From: Anaerolineales bacterium
GTDB taxonomy: Bacteria; Chloroflexota; Anaerolineae; Anaerolineales; UBA11579
DNA length: 64,000 nucleotides
Direction: 5' to 3'
NCBI GenBank assembly: GCA_963675375.2
Contig: OY776212.2
Location: 1,651,404 to 1,715,403, forward strand
The position numbers were made by a program, and so were the translations under genes. This document shows positions 63,813-64,000 of this stretch, one piece after another. Position 1 is the stretch's first letter; every line of letters begins with the position of its first letter. The notes under the pieces were generated by a model. It worked only from the letters and a program-made list of their open reading frames with translations, was not told the DNA's origin and made no database searches.

Positions 63813-64000
63813 ATGCAAAATGTTTGGACGATCCTCAAAAAACTGATCCTCTATATTTTACTGACGGCTGCCAGCGTGATCATGTGCTTCCCGTTGTTCT
63901 GGATGATTTCTTCCTCGCTAAAGACGATTGAAGAGACCAACTCCCCCGGCATTATCTGGATCCCCGACCAGCCGAGCCTGAATGCTTATATTGATATTCT
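63813..64000 (+). CDS. carbohydrate ABC transporter permease (MalG-like), 3' end cut by window edge
   Basis: AGGAG lies 6 nt upstream of the ATG. My translation reads MQNVWTILKKLILYILLTAASVIMCFPLFWMISSSLKTIEE..., a typical MalG-type N-terminus. The frame is open to the window end. Confidence 0.75.
   Translation, partial: MQNVWTILKKLILYILLTAASVIMCFPLFWMISSSLKTIEETNSPGIIWIPDQPSLNAYIDI

Noticed and set aside
1-64000. A search by eye for tRNA, rRNA, tmRNA, CRISPR arrays and phage or integrase genes.
   Set aside because: I saw no T-loop-like GGTTCGAATCC motifs in intergenic regions, no rRNA-like stretches, no repeat-spacer arrays and no integrase or recombinase apart from the IS4 transposase. 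A tRNAscan, Infernal or CRISPR-finder run would be needed to be definitive.

Overview
This is a densely coding bacterial chromosomal window. I found no rRNA, tRNA or CRISPR array by eye. Gene content (radical SAM, Fe-S, molybdopterin and multiheme proteins) suggests an anaerobe or facultative anaerobe; I cannot assign a taxon from the sequence alone. All calls rest on reading motifs in the supplied translations and on manual nucleotide comparison, with no database search.

From left to right:

1. **1-9045:** a tightly packed + strand redox operon. It encodes an edge-truncated PsrB-like ferredoxin, an NrfD-like anchor, an HdrD/DsrK-like CCG protein, a radical SAM enzyme, a cytoplasmic molybdopterin oxidoreductase, a DUF2064 protein, a ferredoxin-DUF169 fusion, a flavin reductase and a GNAT.
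2. **9086-11785:** a candidate Moco/Wco riboswitch with an intrinsic terminator, followed by FmdE, DUF364 and an APH-fold kinase.
3. **11896-14757:** a decayed tandem duplication that fuses a lipoprotein gene in frame to a copy of the 3' end of a ferredoxin-nitroreductase gene. TetR, VOC and NTF2-like genes follow.
4. **16722-35073 (the most unusual part):** an orphan multi-PAS histidine kinase, then two tandem modules.
   - Each module runs LAL regulator (MalT-like ATPase + LuxR HTH), tetraheme lipoprotein cytochrome c, FdnI/PhsC-like cytochrome b, membrane-anchored pentaheme cytochrome c, then Tat-exported lipoprotein FAD enzymes. Module A has two FAD enzymes and module B has one.
   - The cytochrome trio is almost nucleotide-identical between modules, while the regulators and flavoenzymes have diverged.
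   - I read this as a candidate uncharacterised extracytoplasmic respiratory reductase system.
5. **35203-48539:** an amidohydrolase, an ADH-araBDA operon with LacI-type operators, an AKR, a LacI regulator that lacks a canonical start codon, and a YtfQRT/YjfF-like sugar ABC transporter.
6. **48989-50183:** an intact IS4-family element with perfect 18-bp inverted repeats and an 8-bp target duplication.
7. **50202-54357:** a binding-protein + YesM/YesN-like three-component sugar sensor.
8. **54539-57334:** a secreted trypsin-fold + plant-type LRR protein whose catalytic Ser is replaced by Arg.
9. **57448-64000:** a ROK regulator with a consensus promoter and operator, a ROK-like kinase, a PIG-L deacetylase and the start of a CUT1-type ABC transporter.
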